Assembly (NCBI GenBank): GCA_024232855.1
Contig: JAAEPH010000312.1
Span: 1,091 to 65,090 of the forward strand
DNA length: 64,000 nt
Origin: Gammaproteobacteria bacterium
GTDB taxonomy: Bacteria > Pseudomonadota > Gammaproteobacteria > GCA-001735895
Reading direction: 5' to 3'
Positions 1-10,626 of the stretch are shown here, in pieces (the first letter of the stretch is position 1; each line of letters opens with the position of its first letter). Under the pieces are notes generated by a model, which worked only from the letters and a program-made list of their open reading frames with translations, was not told the DNA's origin and searched no databases. The position numbers were made by a program, and so were the translations under genes.

Positions 1-2
1 AC

Positions 3-359
3 AAATACGGCCACGACGCGGGCGATACAGTGCTCAAAAAGCTGGCGTCGATTTTCGAAAGCGCGATTCGCAGCACCGATTTCATTGCGCGTTGGGGCGG
101 CGAGGAGTTCCTGATTTGCTGCACAACCATCGAGGAAGAAGACCTGCTGCCAATCGCCGAAACCATAAGACAGCTGGTGGCGAGCACCGACTTCGAACGC
201 AAGAACCAGATAACAGCCAGTCTCGGTTGTGCGGCCATCGTCAAAGGCGAAATCATCGGTGACCTTATCAAGCGCGCCGATGTGGCCCTTTACGAAGCCA
301 AGAATAAAGGCCGCAACCAGTCCATAGTGTCGGAATTTACCGATATCTCCCTGTTCTAG
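3..359 (+). CDS. GGDEF-domain diguanylate cyclase, C-terminal portion (5' end lies outside the window)
   Basis: In-frame translation from the window edge gives ..KYGHDAGDTVLKKLA...ARWGGEEFLICC, which contains the GGEEF active-site motif. The ORF-track entry 30..359 is the tail of this frame. Confidence 0.8.
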   Translation, partial: KYGHDAGDTVLKKLASIFESAIRSTDFIARWGGEEFLICCTTIEEEDLLPIAETIRQLVASTDFERKNQITASLGCAAIVKGEIIGDLIKRADVALYEAKNKGRNQSIVSEFTDISLF

Positions 360-385
360 CCCACCAAATCTCCCCGAAAAGATTC

Positions 386-430
386 TCGGTAGAGTAGGGG
401 CCAGGCGAAACCTGGCCCCTACTCTACCGA
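386..430. terminator. Bidirectional rho-independent terminator hairpin between convergent genes
   Basis: Perfect inverted repeat tcggtagagtaggggccagg-cgaaa-cctggcccctactctaccga lying between the GGDEF gene end and the NUDIX gene end. Confidence 0.6.
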
Positions 431-445
431 GAACCTTCCCTGGAA

Positions 446-1003
446 CTAATCGATCGAATGCAGTTGGACGTTGCGCTCGGCGTCGCGGCTGAACCAGGCG
501 TGATGGACTTTGTCGGTACCGTGTTCGAAGAACAGATCAAGGCTGTGGGTGATCACCGGAAACGCGATTTCATCCCAGGGTATCTGTTGCCGTGCAAACA
601 GCCCGACTTCCAGGCTTTCCAGCCCCGCGGAAATCTGCTCGTTGACCAGTTCACCGTGAAACATGAGGTATACCTGGGAGATGTACGGCATGCTGAAAAT
701 GCCAAAAAGAGCCAGTGGACCGGACTCGGCATTGGCTTCTTCCATGGCTTCGCGCGCCGCCGCTTCGGCAACGGTTTCATTATTTTCCATGAATCCCGCC
801 GGCAGGGTCCATAGCCCGTAACGCGGTTCGATCGCACGCCTGCATAACAGTATGCGCTCTCCGCTCGTCAGTATCGCACCGCAGATATTGTTCGGGTTCT
901 GGTAGTGTACAAACCCGCAATGGTCACAGACAAAGCGCTCGCGGTTGTCGTCCACGGGTATCTTCAGAATTACGGGTTGCCCGCACTGGCTGCAGTAGTT
1001 CAT
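446..1003 (-). CDS. NUDIX hydrolase with N-terminal C4 zinc ribbon
   Basis: CSQCG...CDHCG zinc ribbon. NUDIX box GFMENNETVAEAAAREAMEEANA (GX5EX7REUXEEXGU pattern). Confidence 0.8.
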   Translation of the reverse strand: MNYCSQCGQPVILKIPVDDNRERFVCDHCGFVHYQNPNNICGAILTSGERILLCRRAIEPRYGLWTLPAGFMENNETVAEAAAREAMEEANAESGPLALFGIFSMPYISQVYLMFHGELVNEQISAGLESLEVGLFARQQIPWDEIAFPVITHSLDLFFEHGTDKVHHAWFSRDAERNVQLHSID

Positions 1004-1743
1004 GCCGGCAACAACCTCGCAGCCGTATGCAGCAAGGGCCGAACCTGTTCTATGCCCCGTTCGAGATTAGCCAGGATTTCCGGCATGCTGATTTCGCTAT
1101 CGTCGATACCGGCCGCCCAGTTGACAACAACCGCCAGGCAGGCGTAATCGATTTCGAGCTCCCGCGCCAGCGCCGCTTCCGGCATACCGGTCATACCGAC
1201 TATGGTACAGCCATCGCGCTGCATCCGTTTTATTTCCGCGGCCGTTTCGAAACGCGGCCCGTTGGTGCTGCCATAGGTTCCCGCCGCGACCACGGGGCAA
1301 CCCAGCTGCACGCCTGCCTGCTCCAGGCAATCTCGTAAAACGCCACTGTAAGGCCGGCTGAAATCGACGTGCTGAACCTCGCCGTCGGCGCCGTCGAAAA
1401 AACTGTGTTCCCGTCCCGAGCTGTAGTCGATCAACTGATCCGGAAGCGCCAGGGTACCCGGCGCCATCTCGGACGAGATTCCGCCGACGGCATTGATGGC
1501 AATGACCTTGCTGACACCGGCCTGTTTCAGCGCCCAGATATTGGCCCGGTAGTTAACCGCATGCGGGGGAACGCGATGACCTGCACCGTGGCGCGGCAGA
1601 AAAGCGACATCGATCTCCTGCCAGCGGCCCAGCAGTACATCCGCCGAGGTATCGCCATACGGTGTCTTACGCGAAACCTGGTCGCGCAGATGAAACGCAT
1701 CGCCGAGCGAGTAAAGACCGCTACCGCCGATGATGGCAAGCAT
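1000..1743 (-). CDS. mtnP: S-methyl-5'-thioadenosine phosphorylase (PNP family)
   Basis: MLAIIGGSGLY... PNP/MTAP fold with the TGMPEA motif. Start moved to internal Met33 of ORF 1000..1839, giving an ATG/TGA overlap with hpt at 1743. Confidence 0.85.
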   Translation of the reverse strand: MLAIIGGSGLYSLGDAFHLRDQVSRKTPYGDTSADVLLGRWQEIDVAFLPRHGAGHRVPPHAVNYRANIWALKQAGVSKVIAINAVGGISSEMAPGTLALPDQLIDYSSGREHSFFDGADGEVQHVDFSRPYSGVLRDCLEQAGVQLGCPVVAAGTYGSTNGPRFETAAEIKRMQRDGCTIVGMTGMPEAALARELEIDYACLAVVVNWAAGIDDSEISMPEILANLERGIEQVRPLLHTAARLLPA

Positions 1744-2297
1744 CAGACGACCTTTTCGGGCAAAGCGTAAATACTGGAGAGATTGCGAAAATGCCCGTTC
1801 AAATCCATGCCGACCCCATAGACGTAGCAATCCCCGCATTCCAGTCCGACATAATCGGGCTGGATATCGGCCATCTTGCGCTGGTGACTTTTACGGATCA
1901 GAAATACGCTGAGGCATTTGCGCGCACCATGCTTGTAACAATAAGACTTCACTTCTTCCAGCGTGTAACCCTGATCGAAGATATCGTCCACGATAATCAC
2001 ATTTCGATCCCTTATTTCATTTTGCGGGTAAGCTTTCCAGAGCACATCCTTACCGAGTGTGGCCAGGCGGTAGCGAGTGGCGTGGACGTAATCCAGGGTT
2101 AGTGGAAAATTCCAGTGGCGCAGCAGTTGCCCGGTCAGGTAGAGCCCGCCGTTCATGACGCAGAGCACCAGCGGGAAATCCTCGCCGCATTCGGCTTCGA
2201 CCTTTTCCGCCAGCGCGGCAATCCCCTTGTCGACCGATTTGTCGTCGAATAGTAATTCGGCGGATTGATGGACCTGCTGGGCTCTGTCTGCGTTCAT
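1743..2297 (-). CDS. hpt: Hypoxanthine-guanine phosphoribosyltransferase
   Basis: PRPP-binding motif VIIVDDIFDQGYTL. Length and sequence are typical of Hpt. Confidence 0.9.
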   Translation of the reverse strand: MNADRAQQVHQSAELLFDDKSVDKGIAALAEKVEAECGEDFPLVLCVMNGGLYLTGQLLRHWNFPLTLDYVHATRYRLATLGKDVLWKAYPQNEIRDRNVIIVDDIFDQGYTLEEVKSYCYKHGARKCLSVFLIRKSHQRKMADIQPDYVGLECGDCYVYGVGMDLNGHFRNLSSIYALPEKVV

Positions 2298-2298
2298 A

Positions 2299-3378
2299 TC
2301 AGGGCTTTTCCACGACTATCGGGTCAGCCAGATGAATTGTCGTTGTCGGAAAGGCGATCTCGGCATGGTTAGCTTCTATGATATCGGCGATGCGTAGCAT
2401 CACCTCCTGTTTAACCTGGTGGAATTCTACCCACCGGGTGGTCCGGGTAAAGCAATAGATGAAGAAGTCCAGCGATGAACCGCCGAACTTGTTGAAGTTG
2501 ACCATCAAGGTCTTGTCGGCGTCGATGGCCTCGTGCTGCCGCAACATGCTTTCAACCTCGCTAACAACTTTATCCATGTTGGTCAGATCCGAATAGCGCA
2601 GTCCGATGGTTTCATAAATGCGTCGGTTTTCCATACGCGAGGGATTTTCGACAATAACGGTAGTGAATACCGAGTTGGGCACGTATATGGGTTGCGACTG
2701 GAAATTGCGGATCACGGTCACGCGCCAGCCGATTATTTCCACGGTTCCCTCGAACTGGCGATCCGGAGAACGAATCCAGTCACCCACCGCAAAGGGCCTA
2801 TCGAGGTAGACGATCAGGCCGCCAAAAAAATTGGCGAGCAAATCCTTGGCCGCAAAACCGACCGCGATACCGCCGACACCGCCCATGGCCAGCACTCCGG
2901 AAATGCTGTAACCCAGGGTCTGCATTATTACCAGGCCGGCGGTCACCAACACCACCAGGCGCAGTAACTTTCCGAGCGCCTGCGCGGTCGTCTTGTCCAT
3001 CTGTTCGGCGCGCTCGATATACGCTTCCTCGGCGCCGCGAATAATGCCGAGAACAAACCAGGTGATACAGACCAGCACGCCGATATCGCGCACCGAGCCC
3101 GCATAGGTGAAGATAGTGCTTTCGGTTTTGGCATAGATAAGCTCGGACACGATTGCCAGTCCCTGCAGCCAGATGATCCAGCCGGTTGGCCGAGACATGG
3201 CGAGGAAAACGATATCGTCGAGCCGATTCTCGGTTTGCTGCACTTTTTTGCCCAGCTTCTGCAGCAAGCGCCTTACGACAAAACCCACCAGCGCCGTTGC
3301 CAGCACCAGGGCAAATACCTGCACTATCCACGCGTGTTGCGGACCGAGCCCGGGAATCCATTTTTCCAGTTCAAACAT
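2299..3378 (-). CDS. MscS-family small-conductance mechanosensitive channel
   Basis: N-terminal TM helices plus the conserved MscS beta-domain ...GTVEIIGWRVTVIRNFQSQPIYVPNS... Confidence 0.85.
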   Translation of the reverse strand: MFELEKWIPGLGPQHAWIVQVFALVLATALVGFVVRRLLQKLGKKVQQTENRLDDIVFLAMSRPTGWIIWLQGLAIVSELIYAKTESTIFTYAGSVRDIGVLVCITWFVLGIIRGAEEAYIERAEQMDKTTAQALGKLLRLVVLVTAGLVIMQTLGYSISGVLAMGGVGGIAVGFAAKDLLANFFGGLIVYLDRPFAVGDWIRSPDRQFEGTVEIIGWRVTVIRNFQSQPIYVPNSVFTTVIVENPSRMENRRIYETIGLRYSDLTNMDKVVSEVESMLRQHEAIDADKTLMVNFNKFGGSSLDFFIYCFTRTTRWVEFHQVKQEVMLRIADIIEANHAEIAFPTTTIHLADPIVVEKP

Positions 3379-4430
3379 TATTCGAACAGATCCCCGCTTT
3401 CCGCCAGGCCGAGGCGATGATTGAAAGCGTCCAGTTGTTCGCAGGCCAGCTTCCAGTCACGGCTGTTAAACAGATCCGTGGCAGATTCCCTACCGTGCAG
3501 GCGTACCATGCGCATCTGCGTGGCAGGGTTGGAATAACCACTTAAACTTTCCAGCACTTCATCCGCGCCCTCGGGATTGTTACAAACCAGCAGGATATCG
3601 CAGCCCGCATCCAGCGCCCACCGGGCGCGCTGCGTATAGCCGCCAACCGACTCGGCGCCGCTCATGCTCAAATCGTCACTGAAAACGGTGCCATCGAATT
3701 CGAGCTGTTCGCGCAATACCGTCTCGATCCAGTAGCGCGAGTAACCCGCGGCCTGCGCGTCAACCTGGTCGTAAATGACGTGCGCCATCATGATGCCGGC
3801 CAGGTGCGTATTTATCACCCGGCGGAACGGAACCAGGTCGAGCGTTTCGATTTCGTCGAAGCCGCGGCGATCGAATGGCATCACGTGATGCGAATCACCC
3901 TCGACCGAACCGTGCCCGGGGAAATGTTTACCGACCGCTTCCATGCCCGCGCGGCGCATACCGCGCACCCAGGCGTTGGCCAGGTGCGCGATCGACTCGG
4001 GGTTGCGATGAAACGCGCGATCGCCGATGACGCTGCTGACAGGGTCGGCAATATCCAGCACCGGGGCAAAACTCAGATCCACGCCGTAGTGCAGTAATTC
4101 GGCTGACATCAACCAGGCGAAGGTCTCGGCGAGCGCCAATGCCTGCGTTTCATCGTCGTTATACAAATCCCCCAGGTGCCCCATCGCGGGTATCGCCTGG
4201 AAACCGCCGCGAAAGCGCTGCACACGCCCGCCTTCATGGTCGACTGAAACCACCAGGCGCGGCTCGCGTAGTTGATGAATTTGTTGGCACAGCTGGGCCA
4301 GTTGTCCTGGGCCCTGGTAATTTCGACTGAATAAAATGACGCCCCCCGTTTGCGGGTGGCGCAGGCGGCGGCGATCGTCGTCGTCCAGGGTCAATCCCTT
4401 GACATCGAGCATTACGGGTCCCAGGGTCAT
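3378..4430 (-). CDS. nagZ: Beta-N-acetylhexosaminidase NagZ (GH3)
   Basis: MTLGPVMLDVKG..., VSVDHEGGRVQRF and KHFPGHG motifs. Start placed at Met12 of ORF 3378..4463. Confidence 0.9.
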   Translation of the reverse strand: MTLGPVMLDVKGLTLDDDDRRRLRHPQTGGVILFSRNYQGPGQLAQLCQQIHQLREPRLVVSVDHEGGRVQRFRGGFQAIPAMGHLGDLYNDDETQALALAETFAWLMSAELLHYGVDLSFAPVLDIADPVSSVIGDRAFHRNPESIAHLANAWVRGMRRAGMEAVGKHFPGHGSVEGDSHHVMPFDRRGFDEIETLDLVPFRRVINTHLAGIMMAHVIYDQVDAQAAGYSRYWIETVLREQLEFDGTVFSDDLSMSGAESVGGYTQRARWALDAGCDILLVCNNPEGADEVLESLSGYSNPATQMRMVRLHGRESATDLFNSRDWKLACEQLDAFNHRLGLAESGDLFE

Positions 4431-4431
4431 G

Positions 4432-4914
4432 TCAGCATTTCTCCAGTAGCACGACCACGGCAACCGCGATTCCCTCTTCGCGCCCTATAAATCCCAGCTT
4501 CTCGGTCGTCGTCGCCTTGACATTGATTTGCTGCTCCCGGCAAGCGAGATCCTGTGCCAGCAGCTTTCGCATCGCCTCTACATGCGGCGCCATTTTCGGC
4601 GCCTGCGCGATTATGGTGACGTCGGCATTACCGACGCGGTAGGCCTCGCCATCGAGGAGTTGCTTGACCTCGCGCAGAATTTCGCGACTGTCGCGATTTT
4701 CGTTTTGCGGATCGTTATCGGGAAACAGGTGGCCAATGTCGCCCTGCCCGATGGCTCCCAGCAGGGCATCACAAAGCGCATGGATCAACACATCGCCATC
4801 CGAGTGCGCGACGATGCTCCTGTCAGCGGGAATATACACCCCGCCGAGGACAAAACCATCCCCCTGCGCAAAGGCATGCACATCGTAGCCGTGTCCGATT
4901 CTTGGCGAGTTCAT
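4432..4914 (-). CDS. ispF: 2-C-methyl-D-erythritol 2,4-cyclodiphosphate synthase
   Basis: IGHGYDVH...AHSDGDV...GDIG motifs. Length is ~160 aa. Confidence 0.92.
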   Translation of the reverse strand: MNSPRIGHGYDVHAFAQGDGFVLGGVYIPADRSIVAHSDGDVLIHALCDALLGAIGQGDIGHLFPDNDPQNENRDSREILREVKQLLDGEAYRVGNADVTIIAQAPKMAPHVEAMRKLLAQDLACREQQINVKATTTEKLGFIGREEGIAVAVVVLLEKC

Positions 4915-4949
4915 AAGTGCCGACCCAAAATAAACATCAGTACCCCCGA

Positions 4950-5984
4950 CTATACTCTGCTGAGGGCATGTATATTAAAAAGCAGGACGCTGAATAACAA
5001 CAGGGCGCCCGCCTGGTGTAATGCCCCCAGTAACACCGGAACCTGCAGTAACAGGGTCGCGATTCCCAGCACCAACTGGACAATAACCATCATACCGACC
5101 AGCTTGAAGCTGCGTTGCAGGCCAGGTTCGTCAAAGCGCGAGCGGCCCCGCAGGTACCAGGTTATCAACAATAGCCCGAGGCTGACCGCAAGCCAGCGAT
5201 GATCGAATTGCACCGTTACCAAATTTTCCAGCGGGTTCAGATACCAGGGCGACAAAGCCCCGATACCTTCCGGGATCAATTTACTGCCCATGAGTGGAAA
5301 AGTATTATATATCAGTCCTGCCTTCAGTCCGGCGACGAAGCCACCGGAAACAATCGTGAGCAGCACCAGCGCCACCAGCGCCAGAGAGGCCTTGCGCCAG
5401 GCGGCGACGCGCGATTCGGCGAGGCGACAATAAGGCTTTGCTACCGCGAGATTGAAAATAGTCCAGAGGATAAACCCGTATATGAGGATGGCGCTCAGCA
5501 GATGCGCGCTCAAACGGTATTGACTGACGTGTGGATTACTCACCAGCCCGCTCTTGACCATATACCAGCCCAGCACTCCCTGCAGGCCGCCGAGCACGAA
5601 CATGACCAACAGGCGCGGGGTCAGCCCCGGTTTTATCATCTTGCGCAAGCAGAAATAGACGAACGGCAGCAGGAACACCAGGCCGATGAGGCGCCCCAGC
5701 ATACGATGCGAGTATTCGAACCAGAAAATCGACTTGAATCCATCCAGCGACATGTCACGATTCAGTTTCTGATACTCCGGAAACTGTTGATAGAGCTGGA
5801 ATTCAGCGAGCCATTGTTCGGTGGTCAGCGGCGGTAAAACCCCGGTGGGATGCCAGGTGACCATCGACAGTCCCGAACCGGTCAGCCGCGTTACGCCACC
5901 CAGAATGACCATCGTAAAAATCAGGACCAGGCATAACTGCAACCAGCGCATTACTGCGCGGTCGTTATTACTTATTTCCTGCAT
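4950..5984 (-). CDS. ctaA: Heme A synthase (COX15/CtaA family)
   Basis: Polytopic membrane protein with the conserved GGVTRLT and FDHR motifs of COX15/CtaA. Confidence 0.8.
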   Translation of the reverse strand: MQEISNNDRAVMRWLQLCLVLIFTMVILGGVTRLTGSGLSMVTWHPTGVLPPLTTEQWLAEFQLYQQFPEYQKLNRDMSLDGFKSIFWFEYSHRMLGRLIGLVFLLPFVYFCLRKMIKPGLTPRLLVMFVLGGLQGVLGWYMVKSGLVSNPHVSQYRLSAHLLSAILIYGFILWTIFNLAVAKPYCRLAESRVAAWRKASLALVALVLLTIVSGGFVAGLKAGLIYNTFPLMGSKLIPEGIGALSPWYLNPLENLVTVQFDHRWLAVSLGLLLITWYLRGRSRFDEPGLQRSFKLVGMMVIVQLVLGIATLLLQVPVLLGALHQAGALLLFSVLLFNIHALSRV

Positions 5985-6037
5985 GCCCGTTTGATTCCAC
6001 GATTTGCTTCCCCGAAATACCCCATTATCGCCGTCAG

Positions 6038-6895
6038 CTACGGTGCGGCCATGACCTTACGAAACCGATCGGCATTGTCTACCCCTGAGGCGTAAGAATC
6101 CAGTCTGCCATCCATTTTTCTGGCGAGCGCGTCGAGGCGATCGTCGGTCGGCGGGTGTGTATTCATCAATACCGTCAACGCCTCGGATTGCGGGTTTATG
6201 CTATCGATAGTCGTCAACACGTCGAGGAATGCAAAGGGATCGTAGCCGGCACGCGCCACCAGCACCACGCCGCGCAGATCGGCTTCAAATTCGTATTTTC
6301 GATCGAGCCCGGTGGCATACAGCTGCACGCCCGAATTGATCAGCTTTTGCATGGTCTTGCGGTGTTTCATGTCGCCTGCCGCCTCGACCGTCAAATCAGT
6401 CCAAAATTCCCGTTTCATGGTTTTCTGCAATACTTTCAGATGATGCTTGCGCACCACGTGAGCGATCTCGTGCGCCAGCACTCCCGCCAGCTGGGCTTCG
6501 TTCTCGAGCAACTGATACAGGCCCAGGGTAATCACGATATAGCCGCCTGGCGCGGCAAACGCGTTGATTCCCTTTGACTTTATAACGCCGAATCGCCATG
6601 GCAATTTACTCCGAGCCGACTGCGCGGCAACCCAGAAACCGACATCGTTGACATAGCGCTGCAATCGCCGATCATCGACCAGTGGCGAGGCGCCGAGCAA
6701 GCCCGAAATCAGGTTGCCGCCGATTTCGATCTCTTCCTCGGTCGAAACCTTGCCACGCATCTTGTCCAGCCTGTCGAGATTGGTGCTCAATTCTTCCTGA
6801 ATTTCATCGAGATCGAGTGCCAGCGCGGGGCTCGCCGGCAGCGATGCCAATCCAAGGCTCGTGATCAACAGCAGTGGCAGCAGGAGCCGGATCAT
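6038..6895 (-). CDS. M48-family zinc metallopeptidase (lipoprotein-like signal peptide)
   Basis: Signal peptide LLLITSLGLASLPA, then the HEIAHVVRKHH (HEXXH) zincin motif. Start overlaps the stop of the upstream SH3 gene (ATGA). Confidence 0.8.
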   Translation of the reverse strand: MIRLLLPLLLITSLGLASLPASPALALDLDEIQEELSTNLDRLDKMRGKVSTEEEIEIGGNLISGLLGASPLVDDRRLQRYVNDVGFWVAAQSARSKLPWRFGVIKSKGINAFAAPGGYIVITLGLYQLLENEAQLAGVLAHEIAHVVRKHHLKVLQKTMKREFWTDLTVEAAGDMKHRKTMQKLINSGVQLYATGLDRKYEFEADLRGVVLVARAGYDPFAFLDVLTTIDSINPQSEALTVLMNTHPPTDDRLDALARKMDGRLDSYASGVDNADRFRKVMAAP

Positions 6896-7446
6896 TCCTT
6901 CAACCCCGAAATATGAGAGACCTTGCTCGCCTTCAAACTGCCCCTGGTGCGGAACTTCGACATGCGTTGGCGATTGCTGGCGAATTTTTTCATCTTCTTC
7001 AGTTCGCGAAAATCGGCCTTTGCCGACTTGATTTCATCTTCGCTGAGGCCACGAACACCGATGGTCGCCGTGGACGAACTGGTGGCGCTGTTGTCCTGGG
7101 TAAAAAAACCGCTGGCCTTGCGCGAAAATGACGCCAGGCCCGCCAGAAACCCGCGAGAATCCTCCTGCTCCGGCGTATTCGCCTGCGTTGTATAATTGCC
7201 TTCGCGCACCTGGTAAACGCGCACCCAGCCGGTAATCGCCTTTTGTTTGGAGTAAATTTCCTTCCATCCGCCCTTGCGATCGAAAACGCTAACGCGTACT
7301 CCGGCCCTGAGATTACCGACGGCTTGCGAGGCGCTACTGGCGTCTGCATAAACCGTCGCCTGGCGCACCATGACGCCCTCCGGGTTTGCCTGCGCGAACG
7401 CGCCCAGGGAAATAAACAACACGAGCATACACAGAATGATTTTCAT
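6892..7446 (-). CDS. Secreted bacterial SH3-domain protein
   Basis: Signal peptide MKIILCMLVLFISLGAFAQA from Met97 of ORF 6892..7734, followed by an SH3b-like segment (GWKEIYSKQKAITGWVRVYQV). The upstream 96 codons of the track ORF look like non-coding read-through. Confidence 0.6.
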   Translation of the reverse strand: MKIILCMLVLFISLGAFAQANPEGVMVRQATVYADASSASQAVGNLRAGVRVSVFDRKGGWKEIYSKQKAITGWVRVYQVREGNYTTQANTPEQEDSRGFLAGLASFSRKASGFFTQDNSATSSSTATIGVRGLSEDEIKSAKADFRELKKMKKFASNRQRMSKFRTRGSLKASKVSHISGLKE

Positions 7447-7728
7447 TGCGGCCTGATTATAGCAACTGAAGGCAAACCAACATATCTTACCGTATTCTAC
7501 CCGAATTCTCTGCTCCGGAGCGCTTTGCATGTTTGCGACTTTCAGCCTATTATCGCTTGCGCAAGCGGGCGTGGGCGGACAGGCAATATCGCTATCGATA
7601 CCTGTCGTTACGCCGCTACCACGACCCCTTCGGCCCAGGCAACCCGGCGCGGATGAAGTCGCTGGCGGTCCAGGCCCACCCACCTCAACCCGATCGCTAA
7701 CAGGCCTACGCAGGAACTGGGATAACTG

Positions 7729-9138
7729 ATGCACTCAGCCGATACCGAATGGCACCCGCGGCTAAGGCCGGAAGACACAACGGCGCGCCGAGTCCGCGGT
7801 GCGATGGGCATGCTGCTCGCCTACCCGTGGTTCGATCGCGTTTCCCTGTGGAGTCTGACGCACTATTACTTCCCACTGTCGCGCCTCTGGGCCGCGGCCA
7901 CTGAAAGCAACGGGGTACCCGAGCAATTCCTCGCATCGATACCCTTGTCTGCCGAAGGCATCGACATGGATCGGGTACAGAAAGCCCTGTTCCAGACCGA
8001 GGCGGCACGCGCCACCGTTGCCGCGGTCAACGTAGCCTGGGAGGACGCGTTCTTCGGCGCCACGCCGCGATACACCGAGGAACTCGTCGCAATCGAAACC
8101 GCGCGCCGCGATCACCAGCATGCGCTCAACCGCACCCGCTGGAATTTTCGCTTCCTGTTAAATCACCCGATTCCAATCATCCGGCCGCAAACCCCGAGCA
8201 TCGAGGAAGTGGGCGCCGTCTATGGCGCCGCGTTGAAAGATCGCCATCCGCTTTTTGCGCCACCGCAGACCATGCCCGGCATCGAGGTTTCACGCAAGGT
8301 GCCGGGTTCAGCCGGAACAGAATACTGGTTGCGCTTCGCCTCGCCGTCCCGGCAACTGGGCGATACCGTTTACGCACATGTTTACGAGCCCGAGGGAGTA
8401 AAGAATCCACCCACCATCATCTTCGCGCACGGTATATGCGTCGAGTTCGACCACTGGCACGGACTCATCGACGAGGTCGATGAATTGTGCCGCATGGGAA
8501 TTCGGGTCATTCGCCCGGAAGCCCCGTGGCACGGAAGGCGCCGCAATCCCGGCCATTTTTCCGGTGAGACCATCGTCTCACGCGCGCCAATGGGGTCACT
8601 GGATGCCTTTTCCGGCGCAATACGTGAATGGTCGGTGTTGATTGACTGGGCACGCAACATCGGCAGTGGGCAGATCGCGATCGGTGGTTCCAGCCTGGGC
8701 GCATTGATGTCGCTGCTGTGCGCGGATGTGGCGCGCGACTGGCCGCGGCCTTTGCGCCCGCAGGCAATGCTGTTGATTACGCATAGCGGTCACCAGCAGG
8801 ATGCACTCATCAATGGCGCCCTGGCCAGGGTGTGGAAGTCACATGACAGCCTTATCGCCAGTGGCTGGACCTCCGAACTGACGGAACAATATGTTGCCCT
8901 GCTCGATCCGAGCTGGGATTTACCCCCGGTGATGGAGCCGCGCAATATCGTCAGCGTGCTCGGTCAATACGACCACGTGACTCCTTTCGAAAGCGGACTG
9001 GGACTCATGGATGCCTGGCAAGTGCCGGCCGCAAACCGTTTTATCTGGAAGCGCGGGCATTTTTCGGTTCCAATGACGATGATTCGTAACAACAAACCGT
9101 TATACAAATTCAGGGGAATAATATCCGGTAACCGATAA
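7729..9138 (+). CDS. Alpha/beta-hydrolase-fold protein (putative lipase/esterase), unknown specificity
   Basis: HG oxyanion motif (IIFAHGICVEFDHWHG) and GGSSLG nucleophile elbow (GXSXG). Later catalytic His candidates are present. Confidence 0.6.
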   Translation: MHSADTEWHPRLRPEDTTARRVRGAMGMLLAYPWFDRVSLWSLTHYYFPLSRLWAAATESNGVPEQFLASIPLSAEGIDMDRVQKALFQTEAARATVAAVNVAWEDAFFGATPRYTEELVAIETARRDHQHALNRTRWNFRFLLNHPIPIIRPQTPSIEEVGAVYGAALKDRHPLFAPPQTMPGIEVSRKVPGSAGTEYWLRFASPSRQLGDTVYAHVYEPEGVKNPPTIIFAHGICVEFDHWHGLIDEVDELCRMGIRVIRPEAPWHGRRRNPGHFSGETIVSRAPMGSLDAFSGAIREWSVLIDWARNIGSGQIAIGGSSLGALMSLLCADVARDWPRPLRPQAMLLITHSGHQQDALINGALARVWKSHDSLIASGWTSELTEQYVALLDPSWDLPPVMEPRNIVSVLGQYDHVTPFESGLGLMDAWQVPAANRFIWKRGHFSVPMTMIRNNKPLYKFRGIISGNR

Positions 9139-9156
9139 CCGGAAAATGGCGCAACG

Positions 9157-10569
9157 ATGACGGAAACGATCTCCATTCCGCTCTGGCAGTACCTGGTACT
9201 TTGCCTGACCGCGCTACTGGTATTTATCCGCGTGGTGGTTTTTCCTCTGTGGGCGAGTTTCTGGAGCGCGCGCACGCGCAACATCGTCGAGGAAGTCAAT
9301 CCGTTTCTGCAATTGCATCTGTCGCCCTTTACCCTGTCGCGGCGGCGTGTCCTCGCTGACCGACTCGCCAACGACCCACTGATCGAGCCCCGGGTGCTGA
9401 AGATTGCGGCCGAGCGAGGCGAATCCCTCGAGAAAACCAGGCGCGAAGTCTGGCGTATCGCCTGGGACATCGTGCCGGCATTCAATCCGTATTTTTACTT
9501 TCGCATCGGCTATCGCATGGCGCGCAGCGGCCTGCGCTCACTCTATTATCCGAGAATCGGTTTTGTCGACGAAGAGAGCATGGCCGAGGTGGGAGACGAA
9601 GTCGCGACCCTGTTCCTGATCAACCATCGCAGCAATATGGATTACGTCATCGCCAATTACCTGACGGCCCGCCGCACGATGTTATCGTTCGGCGTCGGTG
9701 AATGGTCGCGCATCTGGCCGATCCAGCCCCTGATGCGAATGGCGGGTGGGTACTTCGTGAGGCGCGACTCCGGGGATCCGCTATATCGCCTGCTACTCAA
9801 ACGATACGTGCAATTGGCGACCGCGGCACGGGTACCGCACGCGATCTTCATCGAGGGACAACTTTCGCGCGACGGTGGCATGGGTCCGCCCCGGCTCGGC
9901 CTGCTCAGTTACGTCACCGAGCACTACGATCCCGAGACTTCTCCCGATCTCGTCTTCATGCCGATCGGCATCAATTACGATCATGTCATCGAAGACCAGA
10001 ACATGCTGCGTTACAGCACCGAGCATTTCCGCACCAAAGGTCCCTTGTTCATTCTCAGGAACGGCATTGGCTTCGTCTCGCGGGTGATGTGGGAGTTACT
10101 GCTGCGCAGGCGCTCGCACGGTTATGCCTGCGCCAACTTCGGCAATCCGGTTTACTTCAGTAAATGGCTGGCTCGCAACGCGGTTCACTGGCCCGACCTG
10201 AATCGCGCACAACGTTACCAGTGGATCGAAAAACTGGGCGCTGAAATGATCGAAACCATATCCTCCCTGGTGCCGGCAACACCGGTACCGATGCTGTGCC
10301 GGGTGTGGTTCCACGACCCGATCATGAAACTGTCGGCCGATGAACTGCGGGTTCGGTTTCATGCCATATGCGCCACACTCGAGCAAGGTCTGTGCCACCT
10401 GGTGCTGGTGCAGGACAACCGCAACCTGACGCTCGAACACGCGCTCAACCACTGCCTGCGACGCCGCATCGTCCGCGAATCCGACGACGGCGAGTACGAG
10501 ATAAACCTGGAAATGCTACCCCTGGCGAACTATTACGCCAACTCGCTGAGCCAGTTCCTGAATGAATGA
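9157..10569 (+). CDS. PlsB-like glycerol-3-phosphate / lysophospholipid acyltransferase family protein
   Basis: N-terminal TM helix. Acyltransferase motif I FLINHRSNMDYVIANY matches the HRSxMDY block of E. coli PlsB. Confidence 0.65.
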   Translation: MTETISIPLWQYLVLCLTALLVFIRVVVFPLWASFWSARTRNIVEEVNPFLQLHLSPFTLSRRRVLADRLANDPLIEPRVLKIAAERGESLEKTRREVWRIAWDIVPAFNPYFYFRIGYRMARSGLRSLYYPRIGFVDEESMAEVGDEVATLFLINHRSNMDYVIANYLTARRTMLSFGVGEWSRIWPIQPLMRMAGGYFVRRDSGDPLYRLLLKRYVQLATAARVPHAIFIEGQLSRDGGMGPPRLGLLSYVTEHYDPETSPDLVFMPIGINYDHVIEDQNMLRYSTEHFRTKGPLFILRNGIGFVSRVMWELLLRRRSHGYACANFGNPVYFSKWLARNAVHWPDLNRAQRYQWIEKLGAEMIETISSLVPATPVPMLCRVWFHDPIMKLSADELRVRFHAICATLEQGLCHLVLVQDNRNLTLEHALNHCLRRRIVRESDDGEYEINLEMLPLANYYANSLSQFLNE

Positions 10570-10626
10570 ACTTCTCGTGTAAACCGGGAAAAGCAGCTTG
10601 CCCAGGCCCGGCGCCTTGAATCAGGC

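Noticed and set aside
7447-7734. Upstream 96 codons of the SH3-protein ORF (start at 7734)
   Set aside because: A signal peptide begins at Met97. The extension is Gly/Arg/Pro-rich non-coding read-through.
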